Shown here: positions 54,132 to 64,000 of the stretch, one piece after another | Layout of the letters: each line of letters begins with the position of its first letter | How positions within the stretch are numbered: position 1 is the first letter of the stretch | NCBI GenBank assembly: GCA_015064485.1 | Contig: SVSD01000003.1 | Location: 83,927-147,926, forward strand | Source of the DNA: Oscillospiraceae bacterium | Lineage (GTDB): Bacteria > Bacillota > Clostridia > Oscillospirales > CAG-382 | Direction: 5' to 3' | DNA: 64,000 bases | Program-made: the position numbers and the translations under genes | Notes under the pieces: model-generated | What the model saw: only the letters and a program-made list of their open reading frames with translations | The model's database searches: none | Told to the model about the DNA's origin: nothing

Positions 54132-56315
54132 TTATTTTTTGCCTTGCTCCATCGCCTTTTTCATAGCAAGCGCAAGAGGACTTTCCGTTTTCGGTTCGTT
54201 CTTTTCCTGATGCTGCATAAACGAACGCACAAATTGTTTTGAGGCGGCTTTTCCGCTGTCATCCTTTGATTTAAAGAATGTGTCTGCCTTCTGCTTGAAA
54301 CCGCATTTGCATACAAGAATCTTTCCCTCGCCCTGACCTCTCATTTCAAGAGTTTTGTGGCAAGTGGGACAACGGGCACCTGTTTTTACAGAAAGGCTTT
54401 CGTGATATCCGCAATCTCTGTCCTGACATACAAGAAGCTCTCCCTTTTTGCCGTTGACCTTTAGAAGCATTTTCCCGCATCTCGGACAGGGGGTGCGTGT
54501 CATATTGTCGTGCTTGTAGGTAGCTTCGCTGTTTTTAACCGTTTTGACAAGCTCGGTTGCGTATGTGCGTATTTCTGAAAGAAATGTTTCTTTTTTAGCC
54601 TCGCCTTTTGCTATCTTTTCAAGTTCCATTTCCCATTTGGCCGTAAGTAGAGGTTCTTTTAATTCGCTCGGAACGATATTGATAAGCTGTATACCCTTTG
54701 ATGTGGGGTATATGCTTTTTTCTTTCTTTTCGATATAGAATGTGGAATATAGTTTTTCTATGATATCGGCTCTTGTTGCGGGTGTTCCGAGCCCTGCACC
54801 GATAAACTCTTTCATCTTGCGATCCTTGATGAATTTTGACGGATTTTCCATAGCAGAAAGAAGAGATGCTTCGGTATATCTTGAAGGAGGAGTTGTTTTA
54901 AGCGCCTTTATATCGGTTCCGATACATTTTATCTTTGCACCCTTCACAAGAGAGGGAAGGCTTGTATCGCTTTCAGAATCGTCTTTTTCTTCCTCGTCGT
55001 CGCTGTCTGTGATGCCGAGTTTTTTCCATCCGTAATCAATTATTTCTTTACCTGTTACGAAAAAGCTTTCGCCGCCGCATTCAAGCTCCGCCTTTACCTG
55101 ACGGTAAACAAAATCGGGATAGAAGCATGAGAAAAATCTTGATGCCACAAGTACATATATCTTTTTTTCCTCATTGGTAAAAGATATCATATCCGGCATT
55201 TCCTCGGTCGGGATAATGGCATGGTGATCGGAAACCTTTGCGGCGTTTACACAAAGCTTATTTATTGTGCGGCGAGTGCGCATAATATCCTTTGCTGTTT
55301 CGGAAAGTGTACCTACACTTGCCGCACGGACACGATCATAAAGAGTCGGCACTATATCTTCCGTAATATATCTTGAATCGGTTCGGGGATATGTGAGAGC
55401 TTTTCTTACTTCATAAAGCTTTTGCATTACAGAAAGAGTTTCCTTCGGCGACATACCCCAAAGCTTGTTTGCATCTCGCTGAAGCTCGGTAAGATCATAA
55501 AGCATAGGTGCGGGAACTCTTTTTTCTGTCGCTTTTACTTCTTTGACGGTAAATTCCTTGCCGTTTATCTTTTCAGCAAGCTTTTGTGCGTCTGCCATTT
55601 CGTTCATTGCCGAAACTCCGTCGCTGTTTCTGTATATAGCTTTAAAAGAAGAAAATTTTGCATGGAGATTAAAATAATCTTTTGCCTTGAAATTGTTTAT
55701 CTCTTTTTCTCTTTCAACAATTATCGCAAGGGTAGGGGTCTGAACTCTTCCTGCAGAAAGCTGTGCATTGTGTCTGCAGGTAAGTGCTCTGGTAACATTA
55801 AGCCCCACAAGCCAGTCAGCCTCGGCTCTTGCTTTCGCCGCATTGCAAAGAGGAAGATAGTCTTTTCCGTCTTTCAAATTGTTAAATCCGTCCTTTATCG
55901 CTTTGTCTGTCTGGGAAGAAATCCAAAGACGGCGAATGGGCTTCTTGCAGGCGGCTTTTTCTATTATCCATCTTGCAACAAGTTCGCCTTCGCGTCCTGC
56001 GTCGGTTGCGATTATGATATCAGAAACATTATCAGATAAAAGGAGTTTTTTTACTGCCGTAAACTGCTTTGAAGTTTCCTTTATGATAACAAGCTTCATC
56101 TTGTCGGGAAGCATAGGTAGAGTTTCAAACGACCATTTTTTATATTCATCTCCGTATTTTTCGGGGTCGGCTAAAGTTACAAGATGACCGAGCGCCCAGG
56201 TAACGATATATTTGTCTCCCTCCATAAAACCTTCGCCTTTTTTTCTTGCGCCGATAACACGCGCGATCTCGCGGGCAACAGAGGGCTTTTCTGCAAGTAC
56301 CAGAGTTTTTGCCAA
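54132..56315 (-). CDS. topB: DNA topoisomerase III with C-terminal zinc-ribbon repeats
   Basis: 727 aa. TOPRIM (LVLAEKPS, ATDAGREGE), active-site Tyr region (LTYPRTDSRY), and C-terminal CPRC...C..RDC and CPTC...CKC fingers. Confidence 0.92.
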   Translation of the reverse strand: MAKTLVLAEKPSVAREIARVIGARKKGEGFMEGDKYIVTWALGHLVTLADPEKYGDEYKKWSFETLPMLPDKMKLVIIKETSKQFTAVKKLLLSDNVSDIIIATDAGREGELVARWIIEKAACKKPIRRLWISSQTDKAIKDGFNNLKDGKDYLPLCNAAKARAEADWLVGLNVTRALTCRHNAQLSAGRVQTPTLAIIVEREKEINNFKAKDYFNLHAKFSSFKAIYRNSDGVSAMNEMADAQKLAEKINGKEFTVKEVKATEKRVPAPMLYDLTELQRDANKLWGMSPKETLSVMQKLYEVRKALTYPRTDSRYITEDIVPTLYDRVRAASVGTLSETAKDIMRTRRTINKLCVNAAKVSDHHAIIPTEEMPDMISFTNEEKKIYVLVASRFFSCFYPDFVYRQVKAELECGGESFFVTGKEIIDYGWKKLGITDSDDEEEKDDSESDTSLPSLVKGAKIKCIGTDIKALKTTPPSRYTEASLLSAMENPSKFIKDRKMKEFIGAGLGTPATRADIIEKLYSTFYIEKKEKSIYPTSKGIQLINIVPSELKEPLLTAKWEMELEKIAKGEAKKETFLSEIRTYATELVKTVKNSEATYKHDNMTRTPCPRCGKMLLKVNGKKGELLVCQDRDCGYHESLSVKTGARCPTCHKTLEMRGQGEGKILVCKCGFKQKADTFFKSKDDSGKAASKQFVRSFMQHQEKNEPKTESPLALAMKKAMEQGKK

Positions 56316-56341
56316 GATATTTTCTCCTTTCGGTTTTGTCC

Positions 56342-57208
56342 TTATTTAAGAACAGTTAGTTTATGATTGATGTTTTGTGTTTCGCCGGGTGCTATCTGAA
56401 GTATTCCCGGACGGTGTGTGATATCATAAACGGAATCCGTCATATCCGGGAATCCGCACCAGGGCTCAATGCAGATATAAGGTTTGTTAGCGTCCGACTG
56501 CGTCCATAAAAGCAGATGTGAAAAATCGGAAAATTCCAGACGGATACGCCTTTCAAGATCGACCGATACAAGCTCGAGTGCCTTCGAATTAAATTTTGAA
56601 AAAACAAGCGCATCAACAGAAAAATATTTGTAATCAAGCTTTAGTGTGTTTGAATCGGTAAGTATTCTCTCTGTTTTGTAATCAAGAAGATTTCCGTTTA
56701 CAATGTGTGAATCAAGAGTTTCGGATTTATCAAAAACTATTGAATAATTGTTTATTCCTTCGGGACAGAAATATGCCTCATGCGCTCCGATTGAGTAATA
56801 CATTTTTTCGTTGCCGGTGTTTTTTACGCAATAATCTACAGAAAGTGAGCTTTTATCAAGAGTATATATGATACGCAATTCGAAGCTGAAAGGATAAACT
56901 TTAAGGGTTTTCTCGTTGTCTCTGTAAAAGAAGGTTACCGAATTTTCATCGACCTTTTCGATAGAAAACAAAGCGTCTTTTACAAATCCATGCTTGGGAA
57001 GAAAATATTCTTTTCCGCCGTATACGAATTTGCCGTCCTTAAGTCCTCCGCAGATCGGAAAAAGTATAGGTGAGGAATACTCCCACACATTTGTATCTCT
57101 GAAAATATATTCTTTTCCGCTGATTGTTTTCAAGCTGTGAAGCTCAGCTCCTTTATCGGAAAAAAATGCAGTAAGATGACTGTTTTTTAAAGTAACGATT
57201 TTTGACAT
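56342..57208 (-). CDS. Aldose 1-epimerase family protein (LacX-like)
   Basis: 288 aa from MSKIVTLKNSHLTAFFSDKGAEL (AAGGAG RBS), with PILFPICGG, LPKHGF and EPWCG. The track ORF (57274) over-extends upstream. Confidence 0.8.
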   Translation of the reverse strand: MSKIVTLKNSHLTAFFSDKGAELHSLKTISGKEYIFRDTNVWEYSSPILFPICGGLKDGKFVYGGKEYFLPKHGFVKDALFSIEKVDENSVTFFYRDNEKTLKVYPFSFELRIIYTLDKSSLSVDYCVKNTGNEKMYYSIGAHEAYFCPEGINNYSIVFDKSETLDSHIVNGNLLDYKTERILTDSNTLKLDYKYFSVDALVFSKFNSKALELVSVDLERRIRLEFSDFSHLLLWTQSDANKPYICIEPWCGFPDMTDSVYDITHRPGILQIAPGETQNINHKLTVLK

Positions 57209-57363
57209 TTTATATCTCCTTATGTCAAAACAAAGAATATGCCGCTTTTTTGTTATGTTTTGCCCTGAACACAAGGCTTTTTAATAAAATAATTATACCG
57301 AATTGTATGTTAAAAGTCAATAAGCGAGGAGTTTTCTTGCCAAATAAAAAGAACTTTCGGGTA

Positions 57364-57392
57364 TTGCTTTTTTTTATGAAATATGTTACAAT
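57364..57392 (+). promoter_or_regulatory. Sigma-A-type promoter (extended -10) of miaA
   Basis: TTGCTT (57364-57369), 17 nt, then TGT-TACAAT (57384-57392). Confidence 0.55.
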
Positions 57393-57435
57393 AATCTGTA
57401 TAGCAAAATCGGCGGAAAGGATGTGTTTTTACCGC

Positions 57436-58404
57436 ATGACATATACAAAACTTGCGGTAGTAACAGGACCTACCGCATCGGGAAAATCTTCCCTTGCACT
57501 ATCCCTTGCAAAGCACTTTCACGGCGAGATTGTCTCGTGCGATTCCATGCAGCTTTATAAGGGAATGGATATCGGAACTGCAAAGCCCACAAAGGAAGAA
57601 CAAACGGAAGTAAAACACCATATGATAGATGTGCTTGACATTAACGACAGCTTTTCGGTTGTCGATTATGTGAAAGCGGCGGAGCTTTGTATTTCAAATA
57701 TCTATTCAAAAGGGAAATTGCCGTTTTTCTGCGGAGGAACCGGACTTTATGTAGATGCTCTTGTAAATTCAACAGAGTTCGGAGATATGAAAAATCTTCC
57801 TGAGTACAGGGAAGAACTTTATGCTTTTGCCGAGGAAAACGGAAGCGAAGCTCTTCATAAAATGCTCTCTCAGACAGACCCTGAGGCGGCAGAAAAGATA
57901 GATCACCGCAATGTAAAAAGAGTTATAAGAGCACTTGAAGTTTATAAAGCTTCGGGTATGACGATATCCGAATGGCAAAGACGCTCAAAGCTTCTGCCTC
58001 CGAAATTTGATTCGCTTGTTATGACGATCGAATATGAGGACAGACAAATTCTTTATGACAGAATAAATAAAAGAGTAGATATGATGCTTGAAGCGGGACT
58101 TATCGGCGAAGTAAAAAGGTTATATGACGAAGGTATATTTTCGACGGCAACAGCTTCTCAGGCGATAGGATATAAAGAATTTATCCCGTATCTTGAGGGG
58201 ACATCTTCTCTTGAAGATTGTGTGGAAAGACTGAAAATAGAATCAAGAAGATATGCCAAGAGGCAGATGACCTGGTTCAGACGGAATGATAAAATAAAGC
58301 GTATTACAGCAGACGGTAAAAGTTCAGAGGAGATCTTCGAAGAAGCAAAGGAAATATGCGAAGAATTTTTCAAGCCTGAGCTTATCTGGAGTGTAAAATA
58401 TTGA
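57436..58404 (+). CDS. miaA: tRNA dimethylallyltransferase
   Basis: MTYTKLAVVTGPTASGKSSLAL P-loop, plus CDSMQLYKGMDIGTAKP and GGTGLY. An alternative ATG lies at 57421. The track ORF start (57202) is upstream of the promoter. Confidence 0.9.
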   Translation: MTYTKLAVVTGPTASGKSSLALSLAKHFHGEIVSCDSMQLYKGMDIGTAKPTKEEQTEVKHHMIDVLDINDSFSVVDYVKAAELCISNIYSKGKLPFFCGGTGLYVDALVNSTEFGDMKNLPEYREELYAFAEENGSEALHKMLSQTDPEAAEKIDHRNVKRVIRALEVYKASGMTISEWQRRSKLLPPKFDSLVMTIEYEDRQILYDRINKRVDMMLEAGLIGEVKRLYDEGIFSTATASQAIGYKEFIPYLEGTSSLEDCVERLKIESRRYAKRQMTWFRRNDKIKRITADGKSSEEIFEEAKEICEEFFKPELIWSVKY

Positions 58405-58421
58405 CAGAAAGGGGAAAAGGT

Positions 58422-59729
58422 ATGCTTGATCCGAAGAAAATAATTAAAGCGGTACTTGTATCTGCGGGATGTGTTTTTGCGATATTTTATATGTACCGGC
58501 AACTAATAGGCCTTCGGGGAGAAAAGCTTGAAACCGAAAATGCCCTTAATGTCACATACGAAAGAACAGTATCATCAACCGGCTATATTTTAAGAAGCGA
58601 AAGACTTCTTGAAACCGTAAGCGGAGGCTCTGTTTTTTCGGTTCTTGAAGACGGTGAAAGAATAGGCGCAGGGATGGCTGTTGCAAATGTATATGCAACC
58701 GAGGCAGAGGCGGGAAGCAAGGCAAGACTTGATATTATTGATTCGAAACTTGATGTTCTTGAAAGCAGTACCGTTGATCACGAATATTTTTCGGCAAACC
58801 TTTCAAAGCTTGAAAGGGACAAAAACGAAGTTTTAAAAAATGTCATAAAATATAAAACGCAAAATGATTTTGGTGAAGCTATTCTCAAGAAAAGAGAACT
58901 GCTTATCAAAATGAACAAACTGTCAACAGTAAAAAGCGGAAGTTCTTTTGACAAACAAATAGAAGAACTGCGTGACGAAAGAACAAGTCTGACGGTGGGG
59001 CAGGGAGAACCCATTCTTACCGTATACGCTCCGGAGGCAGGTTATTATTCGGGTGTCCTTGACGGTTATGAAAATATATTTTCTTCGGAAATTATTGATA
59101 CTTTGACTATATCGGGATTTGAAGAGCTAAAAAAAGCATTGCCCGAAAAGCAGCCTGAAAACAGCGTCGGCAAAATTATTACAGACAGCAGATGGTATGT
59201 AATGTGCGAGCTACTGAAAGAGGAAACCGTACCGTTTGAAAACGGAAAATACTACGAAATAGTTTTCCCGTATTCGGCAAATCTTTCGGTTAGAATGCAA
59301 CTTCACAAAACCATCAGCGAAACAGATAAAAATACTGAAATACTTATTTTTACAACAGATGAAATGCCCGAGGGGTTTTCATATACCCGTTCGCAGAAGA
59401 TAGAAATAGTAAGCGAAACCTATAAAGGCCTTAAAGTTCCTAAAGCTGCGATGAGAAGACTTGAAGATAAATTTGACGGAGTATATATACTCATCGGCGA
59501 AACAGTCTATTTCCGCAGAGCCGAGCCTGTTTTTGAAATTGAAGATTATTATATAATCCGTACGGAAAGCGAGCAGGAGAAAACCCAAACTGCGGCAGAT
59601 CAGGCTGTAGTCGACGGGACTCAGACCGCAACAGAACAAGAAACGCAAAAGAGCTATAAATACCTTTCGCTTTATGATAATGTTATTGTGGCAGGTAAAG
59701 AGCTTTATGACGGAAAACGCATAAAATAA
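58422..59729 (+). CDS. HlyD-family-like membrane fusion/adaptor protein
   Basis: About 435 aa from MLDPKK (GGGGAAAAGG RBS). It has an N-terminal TM helix, a lipoyl-like segment (GYILRSE...VLEDGERIGAGMAVANVY), a coiled-coil and a C-terminal beta-barrel-like region. Confidence 0.5.
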   Translation: MLDPKKIIKAVLVSAGCVFAIFYMYRQLIGLRGEKLETENALNVTYERTVSSTGYILRSERLLETVSGGSVFSVLEDGERIGAGMAVANVYATEAEAGSKARLDIIDSKLDVLESSTVDHEYFSANLSKLERDKNEVLKNVIKYKTQNDFGEAILKKRELLIKMNKLSTVKSGSSFDKQIEELRDERTSLTVGQGEPILTVYAPEAGYYSGVLDGYENIFSSEIIDTLTISGFEELKKALPEKQPENSVGKIITDSRWYVMCELLKEETVPFENGKYYEIVFPYSANLSVRMQLHKTISETDKNTEILIFTTDEMPEGFSYTRSQKIEIVSETYKGLKVPKAAMRRLEDKFDGVYILIGETVYFRRAEPVFEIEDYYIIRTESEQEKTQTAADQAVVDGTQTATEQETQKSYKYLSLYDNVIVAGKELYDGKRIK

Positions 59730-59743
59730 ACACGGAGGATAAA

Positions 59744-60520
59744 ATGACACAAGAAGAAAAAAGATCGATCCGTGAGGGTGTGGAACTTGTACTTAAAAAC
59801 GCAAAAGAAGCGGCGCAAAGGTCGGGAAGAAACCTCGATGATATACGCATCGTACTTGCTACAAAAACTCAGTCTGCCGAAAAAATAAACTATGCCGCCT
59901 CCTGCGGAATAACGGAAATCGGCGAAAACAGAGTACAAGAGCTTCTTGATAAATACGAGAGCCTTGACCGTGAAAATCTTAAAATACATTTTATCGGCAC
60001 ATTACAGACAAATAAGGTGAAGTATATTATTGATAAAGTATGCCTTATACATTCAGTAAACAGCAAAAAACTTGCCGCGGAAATTGATAAACAGGCGAGA
60101 AAACACGGTATTGTTTCTGAAATACTTGTTGAGATAAATGCTGTTTCGGAGGAGTCGAAAACAGGTGTTGATGAAAGTGAACTTTATGAGCTTCTGGAGT
60201 TTATTTCAACTCTTGAAAATGTAAAAGTTAAAGGGCTTATGGCAATACCGCCTGCACCCCAAAATATCCATAATTCAGAAAAAAACAGCACATCAGAAGG
60301 TGCAATTGTAAACAATTTGCAAATTAATGGCGTTTCGAGGCATTATTTCAGGAAAATTCTGCAAATATTCCTTGACATATCGGCAAAAAAAATGGATAAT
60401 ATCAATATGGAGATTTTATCTCTCGGAATGTCGGGAGATTATATCGAAGCAATCGAAGAAGGTTCAAACCTTATCCGTCCCGGAAGAGCGGTTTTCGGCG
60501 AAAGACCGAAAATCGTCTGA
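59744..60520 (+). CDS. yggS: PLP-binding protein YggS/YlmE
   Basis: 258 aa with IVLATKTQ (PLP Lys), GENRVQE, HFIGTLQTNK and LSLGMSGDY. Confidence 0.9.
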   Translation: MTQEEKRSIREGVELVLKNAKEAAQRSGRNLDDIRIVLATKTQSAEKINYAASCGITEIGENRVQELLDKYESLDRENLKIHFIGTLQTNKVKYIIDKVCLIHSVNSKKLAAEIDKQARKHGIVSEILVEINAVSEESKTGVDESELYELLEFISTLENVKVKGLMAIPPAPQNIHNSEKNSTSEGAIVNNLQINGVSRHYFRKILQIFLDISAKKMDNINMEILSLGMSGDYIEAIEEGSNLIRPGRAVFGERPKIV

Positions 60521-60583
60521 TCCATAAGGACGGCTTATAAGTTTATTATTAAAAATTATTATATTTTATCGGAGGATTATACC

Positions 60584-61063
60584 ATGGGACTTTTTGAAAA
60601 CATCATGAGCAAAATCGCACCTGTTGATCCCGTTGAAGAACAGGATTACAACGAACAGGATTATAAGCCTGAACAGGCAGCTTATATTCCGAGAGATCCC
60701 CGCAGCTCGGGTGCACAGCAGACAGCTTCCGTACCCACTCCTGCTAAGGTATCAAGCGTAGGTACAAATGTTATGGGCTCTGCTATCGAAATGAAGGTTG
60801 TAAAACCCAGAGAATTCGATGCGGTTGCTGATATTGCAAATCTTCTTCTTGACGGAAATACGGTTCTTCTCAATCTTGAAGACACAAACAAGGAAACAAC
60901 AAGAAGACTTATCGATTTTATGACAGGTGTGGCGTATGCTATCAACGGTGATCTCCGCAGAATTGCAAACAACACATATGTTGTAACACCTAACAATGTT
61001 AAGGTTTCCGATAACGAAGAAGCAGTAGCTATGCCTTCCGTTGAAGCTGAAGACATAATCTGA
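60584..61063 (+). CDS. sepF: Cell division protein SepF
   Basis: 159 aa with a disordered N-half, then VVKPREFDAVADIANLLLDGNTVLLNLE...LIDFMTGVAYAINGDLRRI. Confidence 0.9.
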   Translation: MGLFENIMSKIAPVDPVEEQDYNEQDYKPEQAAYIPRDPRSSGAQQTASVPTPAKVSSVGTNVMGSAIEMKVVKPREFDAVADIANLLLDGNTVLLNLEDTNKETTRRLIDFMTGVAYAINGDLRRIANNTYVVTPNNVKVSDNEEAVAMPSVEAEDII

Positions 61064-61076
61064 TAAAAGTTTACGG

Positions 61077-61331
61077 ATGCAGACAATATCCGGCATTTTT
61101 TGGGCTGTTTTAAAAGCAACGGAAATCATTTTGATTCTCAGAGCAATACTTTCATGGCTTCCTGTTTTCGGAGGCATTTCCGAGATACTTGAAAGGGTAA
61201 CCGAGCCTGTTATTCTACCGGCAAGGGTACTTTTCGATAAATTGGGGATATCTTTGCCTTTGCCCATAGATCTGCCGTTTTTCATAACTCTTATCGCGAT
61301 ATCTGTTCTTGAATCTATGATCTTAATATGA
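61077..61331 (+). CDS. yggT: YggT/YlmG family membrane protein
   Basis: 84 aa with ILILRAILSWLP...VTEPVILPAR. Confidence 0.85.
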   Translation: MQTISGIFWAVLKATEIILILRAILSWLPVFGGISEILERVTEPVILPARVLFDKLGISLPLPIDLPFFITLIAISVLESMILI

Positions 61332-62116
61332 TAAAACACAATGAACAAGAAATAAAGCTTCTTGTATCAAAGGCGCAGGATGCGGCGGAAATGGCGCTCA
61401 AAAAAGGCGAGGCAAAATTTTTACCTTTCCTTTCGGATGCCGAGGCCGCATATCTTGAGCGCAATTTGAAGTATGACCGCAATGATGAAAAACTTTTGTT
61501 TTTCGGCGGATATCAGGAAGCGGAATATAAATGTGCAGGATTTTTTCCATCGTATTATTTTTACGACGAAGAATATGATCCCGAAAGCGAATTTCCTATC
61601 TGTACGGTTCTTGCAAAAGGATCGGGATTCCGCAAACTTTCACACAGAGATTTTCTCGGCTCGATGATGTCTTTGGGTATAAAGCGTGAAACGATAGGGG
61701 ATATTGTGGTTTCCGAGGATTGTTTTTCGGCTTTTGTGTTTTGTCTTGAAAAAACAGCGCAATATCTTATCGCAAATTTCACAACTGCTGCAAACGACAA
61801 GATTGTTTGTTCGCTTTGCAAAAAGAACGATATCTCAATACCGCCGAAAAAATTTGAGGTAATCAATACAACAGTAAATTCCCCGAGAGTGGATGCCGTT
61901 ATATGTTCGTGCCTTGATATTTCAAGGGATGAAGCGGGTAAACTTATAAGCGCAGGACTTGTGGCGGTCAATCATATCACCTGCGAGGATAAATCGAAAA
62001 TGTGTTCAGAGGGCACATTGATTTCCGTTAGGCATCACGGAAGATTTATGCTTTATAAATTCGGAGACAGAAACAGACGCGACAGATTGCGGATAACTAT
62101 TCACCGCTATATCTGA
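61328..62116 (+). CDS. ylmH: RNA-binding S4-domain protein YlmH
   Basis: 262 aa with a C-terminal S4 domain (RVDAVICSCLDISRDEAGKLISAGLVAVNH). Syntenic position, with an ATGA overlap with yggT. Confidence 0.8.
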   Translation: MIKHNEQEIKLLVSKAQDAAEMALKKGEAKFLPFLSDAEAAYLERNLKYDRNDEKLLFFGGYQEAEYKCAGFFPSYYFYDEEYDPESEFPICTVLAKGSGFRKLSHRDFLGSMMSLGIKRETIGDIVVSEDCFSAFVFCLEKTAQYLIANFTTAANDKIVCSLCKKNDISIPPKKFEVINTTVNSPRVDAVICSCLDISRDEAGKLISAGLVAVNHITCEDKSKMCSEGTLISVRHHGRFMLYKFGDRNRRDRLRITIHRYI

Positions 62117-62164
62117 TTTCTCCGTTAAAAGCATATAAAACATACCGAAAGGACGGTGTTAAAA

Positions 62165-62752
62165 ATGATAAATCCGCAGGATCTTCAAAATACCGATTTT
62201 TCAAAAAGCTTTAAAGGCTACAGCTGTACAGAAGTTGACAAATATGTTGAATATGTTGTAGAGCAGTACACCGAGCTTTACAGAGAATATGCAGAACTTG
62301 AAAAGAAGGTTAAAATTCTCGGCGCAAAGCTTGAAGAAGCTAAAAATGACCAGAGTTCCGTTTCGGCAACTCTTCTCAATGCCCAGAAAATGGCAGATGA
62401 GATAATCAAAGATGCAAACAACAAGGCAAATGCTATAAACGGTGCGATAAAAGAAAGCTTCGATGAAATCGTTGAACAGTACCGCACAGTCATCGCAAAC
62501 GAGCAGAAGAAGCTTCTTGAAGCACAAAAAAATGCAATCGATTTTAAAGTCGGCATTCTTGACGGTTACAAAGACCAGATAAAAATGCTTTGCGAACTTA
62601 TCCCTCTTGACAGCATGGATGATGTAAACATCAGAAGTGTTGACGAAGTGGTTGAAAATGCAATCTCCGGAGCAGGTGCAAAACTCGGTGTGAAACCTGA
62701 GAACGAAGAGGATGTTTCTGAAGAAACAGAAACCGAATCTGAAAACGCTTAA
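62165..62752 (+). CDS. divIVA: Cell division/septum-site protein DivIVA
   Basis: MINPQDLQNTDFSKSFKGYSCTEVDKYV N-terminal lipid-binding domain followed by a coiled-coil. The track start is GTG at 62156. Confidence 0.88.
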   Translation: MINPQDLQNTDFSKSFKGYSCTEVDKYVEYVVEQYTELYREYAELEKKVKILGAKLEEAKNDQSSVSATLLNAQKMADEIIKDANNKANAINGAIKESFDEIVEQYRTVIANEQKKLLEAQKNAIDFKVGILDGYKDQIKMLCELIPLDSMDDVNIRSVDEVVENAISGAGAKLGVKPENEEDVSEETETESENA

Positions 62753-62768
62753 AATATAATAACGAATG

Positions 62769-62808
62769 TCGGCAACCCAAGACATAATTTTCTCGGTTGC
62801 CGATTTTG
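62769..62808 (+). terminator. Rho-independent terminator of divIVA
   Basis: TCGGCAACC-(17-nt loop)-GGTTGCCGA followed by TTTT. Confidence 0.65.
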
Positions 62809-62887
62809 TGTTAAATATAATATGAAAAAAATCGCCCAAAAGGCATTAAAATGTATATAATTTCTCTATTATAAAGGAGCAAACAAA

Positions 62888-64000
62888 ATGGCACAGGACT
62901 ATGGAAAAACACTTAATCTGCCCAAGACAGACTTTCCGATGAGAGCCAATCTTCCGCAGAACGAACCTAAAACACTTGAAAAATGGGAAAAAGAAGGCCT
63001 TTACAATATGCTTCTCGAACACAATTCGAAGAAGCCGCTTTTCCTTCTTCATGACGGCCCTCCCTTCTCAAACGGTAACATTCATATCGGTACCGCTCTT
63101 AATAAGATCCTCAAGGATTTTATTATAAAATCCAAGGCGATGTCCGGTTACTGCACACCTTACACTCCCGGCTGGGATAATCACGGTATGCCTATCGAAA
63201 GCGCTATCATTAAGAAAAACAAGATCGACAGAAAGAAGATGTCTGTATCCGATTTCCGTCGTGAATGTCATAAATTTGCTGAAAACTTTGTTGATATCCA
63301 GCGTACTTCTTTCAAGCGTCTTGGTGCTATTGCTGACTGGGAAAACCCCTATCTTACAATGGCGCCCGACTTTGAAGCAAGAGAAGTAAAAGTTTTCGGA
63401 GAAATGTATAAGAAAGGCTATATCTACAAGGGTCTTAAGCCTGTTTACTGGTGTCCTACCGATGAAACCGCCCTTGCTGAGGCTGAAATCGAATACAAAG
63501 AAGATGCTTGTACTTCTGTTTATGTAAAGTTTGCCGTAAATGATGATGCAGGAAAGCTTGAAGGCTTAGACCTTGCAAAGACATATTTCATAATCTGGAC
63601 TACAACTATCTGGACTCTTCCCGGCAATATGGCAATCGCTCTCAATCCTAAGGAAACATATGTTATTGTAAAAGCAGGAGATGAAAACTATATTGTTGCC
63701 AAAGCTCTTCTTGAAAAGACAATGGCAATGGGTAAAATTGAAAACTACGAAATCATCGCCGAATATGAAGGCGCTTATTTCGAATATATGAAAGCACAGC
63801 ATCCCTTCATCGACCGTACAAGTCTTGTGGTTAATGCTGACTATGTAACTATGGAAAGCGGTACCGGTTGTGTACACACAGCTCCCGGTTACGGTATGGA
63901 TGACTATTTCACAGGAACAAGATATAAGATGAATATTATAGTTCCCGTTGATGACAGAGGCTATCAGGGCGAAGAGGCAGGAAAGTTTGCAGGCCTTCGT
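62888..64000 (+). CDS. ileS: Isoleucine--tRNA ligase, 5' part (continues beyond the window)
   Basis: Own translation from the ATG at 62888 (AAGGAG 8 nt upstream): MAQDYGKTLNLPKTDFPMRANLPQNEPKTLEKWEKEGLY...HDGPPFSNGNIHIGTALNKILKD (HIGH motif). The frame stays open to 64000, so it is absent from the ORF track. Confidence 0.92.
   Translation, partial: MAQDYGKTLNLPKTDFPMRANLPQNEPKTLEKWEKEGLYNMLLEHNSKKPLFLLHDGPPFSNGNIHIGTALNKILKDFIIKSKAMSGYCTPYTPGWDNHGMPIESAIIKKNKIDRKKMSVSDFRRECHKFAENFVDIQRTSFKRLGAIADWENPYLTMAPDFEAREVKVFGEMYKKGYIYKGLKPVYWCPTDETALAEAEIEYKEDACTSVYVKFAVNDDAGKLEGLDLAKTYFIIWTTTIWTLPGNMAIALNPKETYVIVKAGDENYIVAKALLEKTMAMGKIENYEIIAEYEGAYFEYMKAQHPFIDRTSLVVNADYVTMESGTGCVHTAPGYGMDDYFTGTRYKMNIIVPVDDRGYQGEEAGKFAGLR

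Noticed and set aside
62753-62887. Looked for a T-box leader upstream of ileS
   Set aside because: Only 135 nt separate divIVA from ileS, and most of that is the divIVA terminator and an AT-rich promoter-like stretch (TGTATATAAT). There is no specifier-loop architecture or T-box consensus (AGGGTGGTACCGCG-like), so no T-box is called.
1-64000. Scan for CRISPR arrays, transposases/IS elements, integrases, prophage genes, toxin-antitoxin pairs, restriction-modification or other defence systems
   Set aside because: There are no regularly spaced direct repeats and no DDE, serine or tyrosine recombinase-like ORFs. There are no small paired ORFs with TA features. Every sizeable ORF is accounted for by housekeeping, sporulation or carbohydrate functions, or by the hypothetical proteins listed above.

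Overview
This window looks like a chromosomal segment of a low-GC, spore-forming Firmicute. The class (Clostridia, possibly Oscillospiraceae/Ruminococcaceae-like) is an inference from protein sequences and gene order, not a search result. I call about 58 protein-coding genes and one tRNA-Pro(CGG), plus sigma-A-type promoters and rho-independent terminators readable by eye. Most of the window is housekeeping, in blocks syntenic with Bacillus subtilis: yqfC-yqfD-phoH-ybeY/era-recO-mutS2; lepA-hemW; birA-cdaA-cdaR; recJ-relA-dtd; yabM-mazG-hup-yabO-yabP-yabQ-divIC; hpf; dapA; prmA-rsmE; topB; miaA; and yggS-sepF-yggT-ylmH-divIVA-ileS. The left 10 kb looks more accessory. It holds a partial NahK-like sugar kinase, tRNA-Pro, a 2180-aa secreted multi-module protein ending in an intact metallophosphoesterase domain, and a GH127-like glycosidase. 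A minimal rhaB-rhaA pair lies at 19.4-22.2 kb. I see no CRISPR array, transposase, integrase, toxin-antitoxin pair or recognisable defence system, and I cannot honestly claim a clearly novel multi-gene system. The most unusual items are: (1) the giant secreted repeat protein with a C-terminal phosphoesterase; (2) a single-ORF YbeY-Era fusion; (3) a degenerate histidine-kinase-like protein whose start overlaps the end of murE; (4) a roughly 230-nt hairpin-dense intergenic element bracketed by a duplicated terminator hairpin; (5) a GC-rich, non-coding-looking island beside tRNA-Pro that carries an inverted tRNA T-arm-like 13-mer. All product calls rest on motif recognition in the supplied or self-made translations. 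No database search was run.
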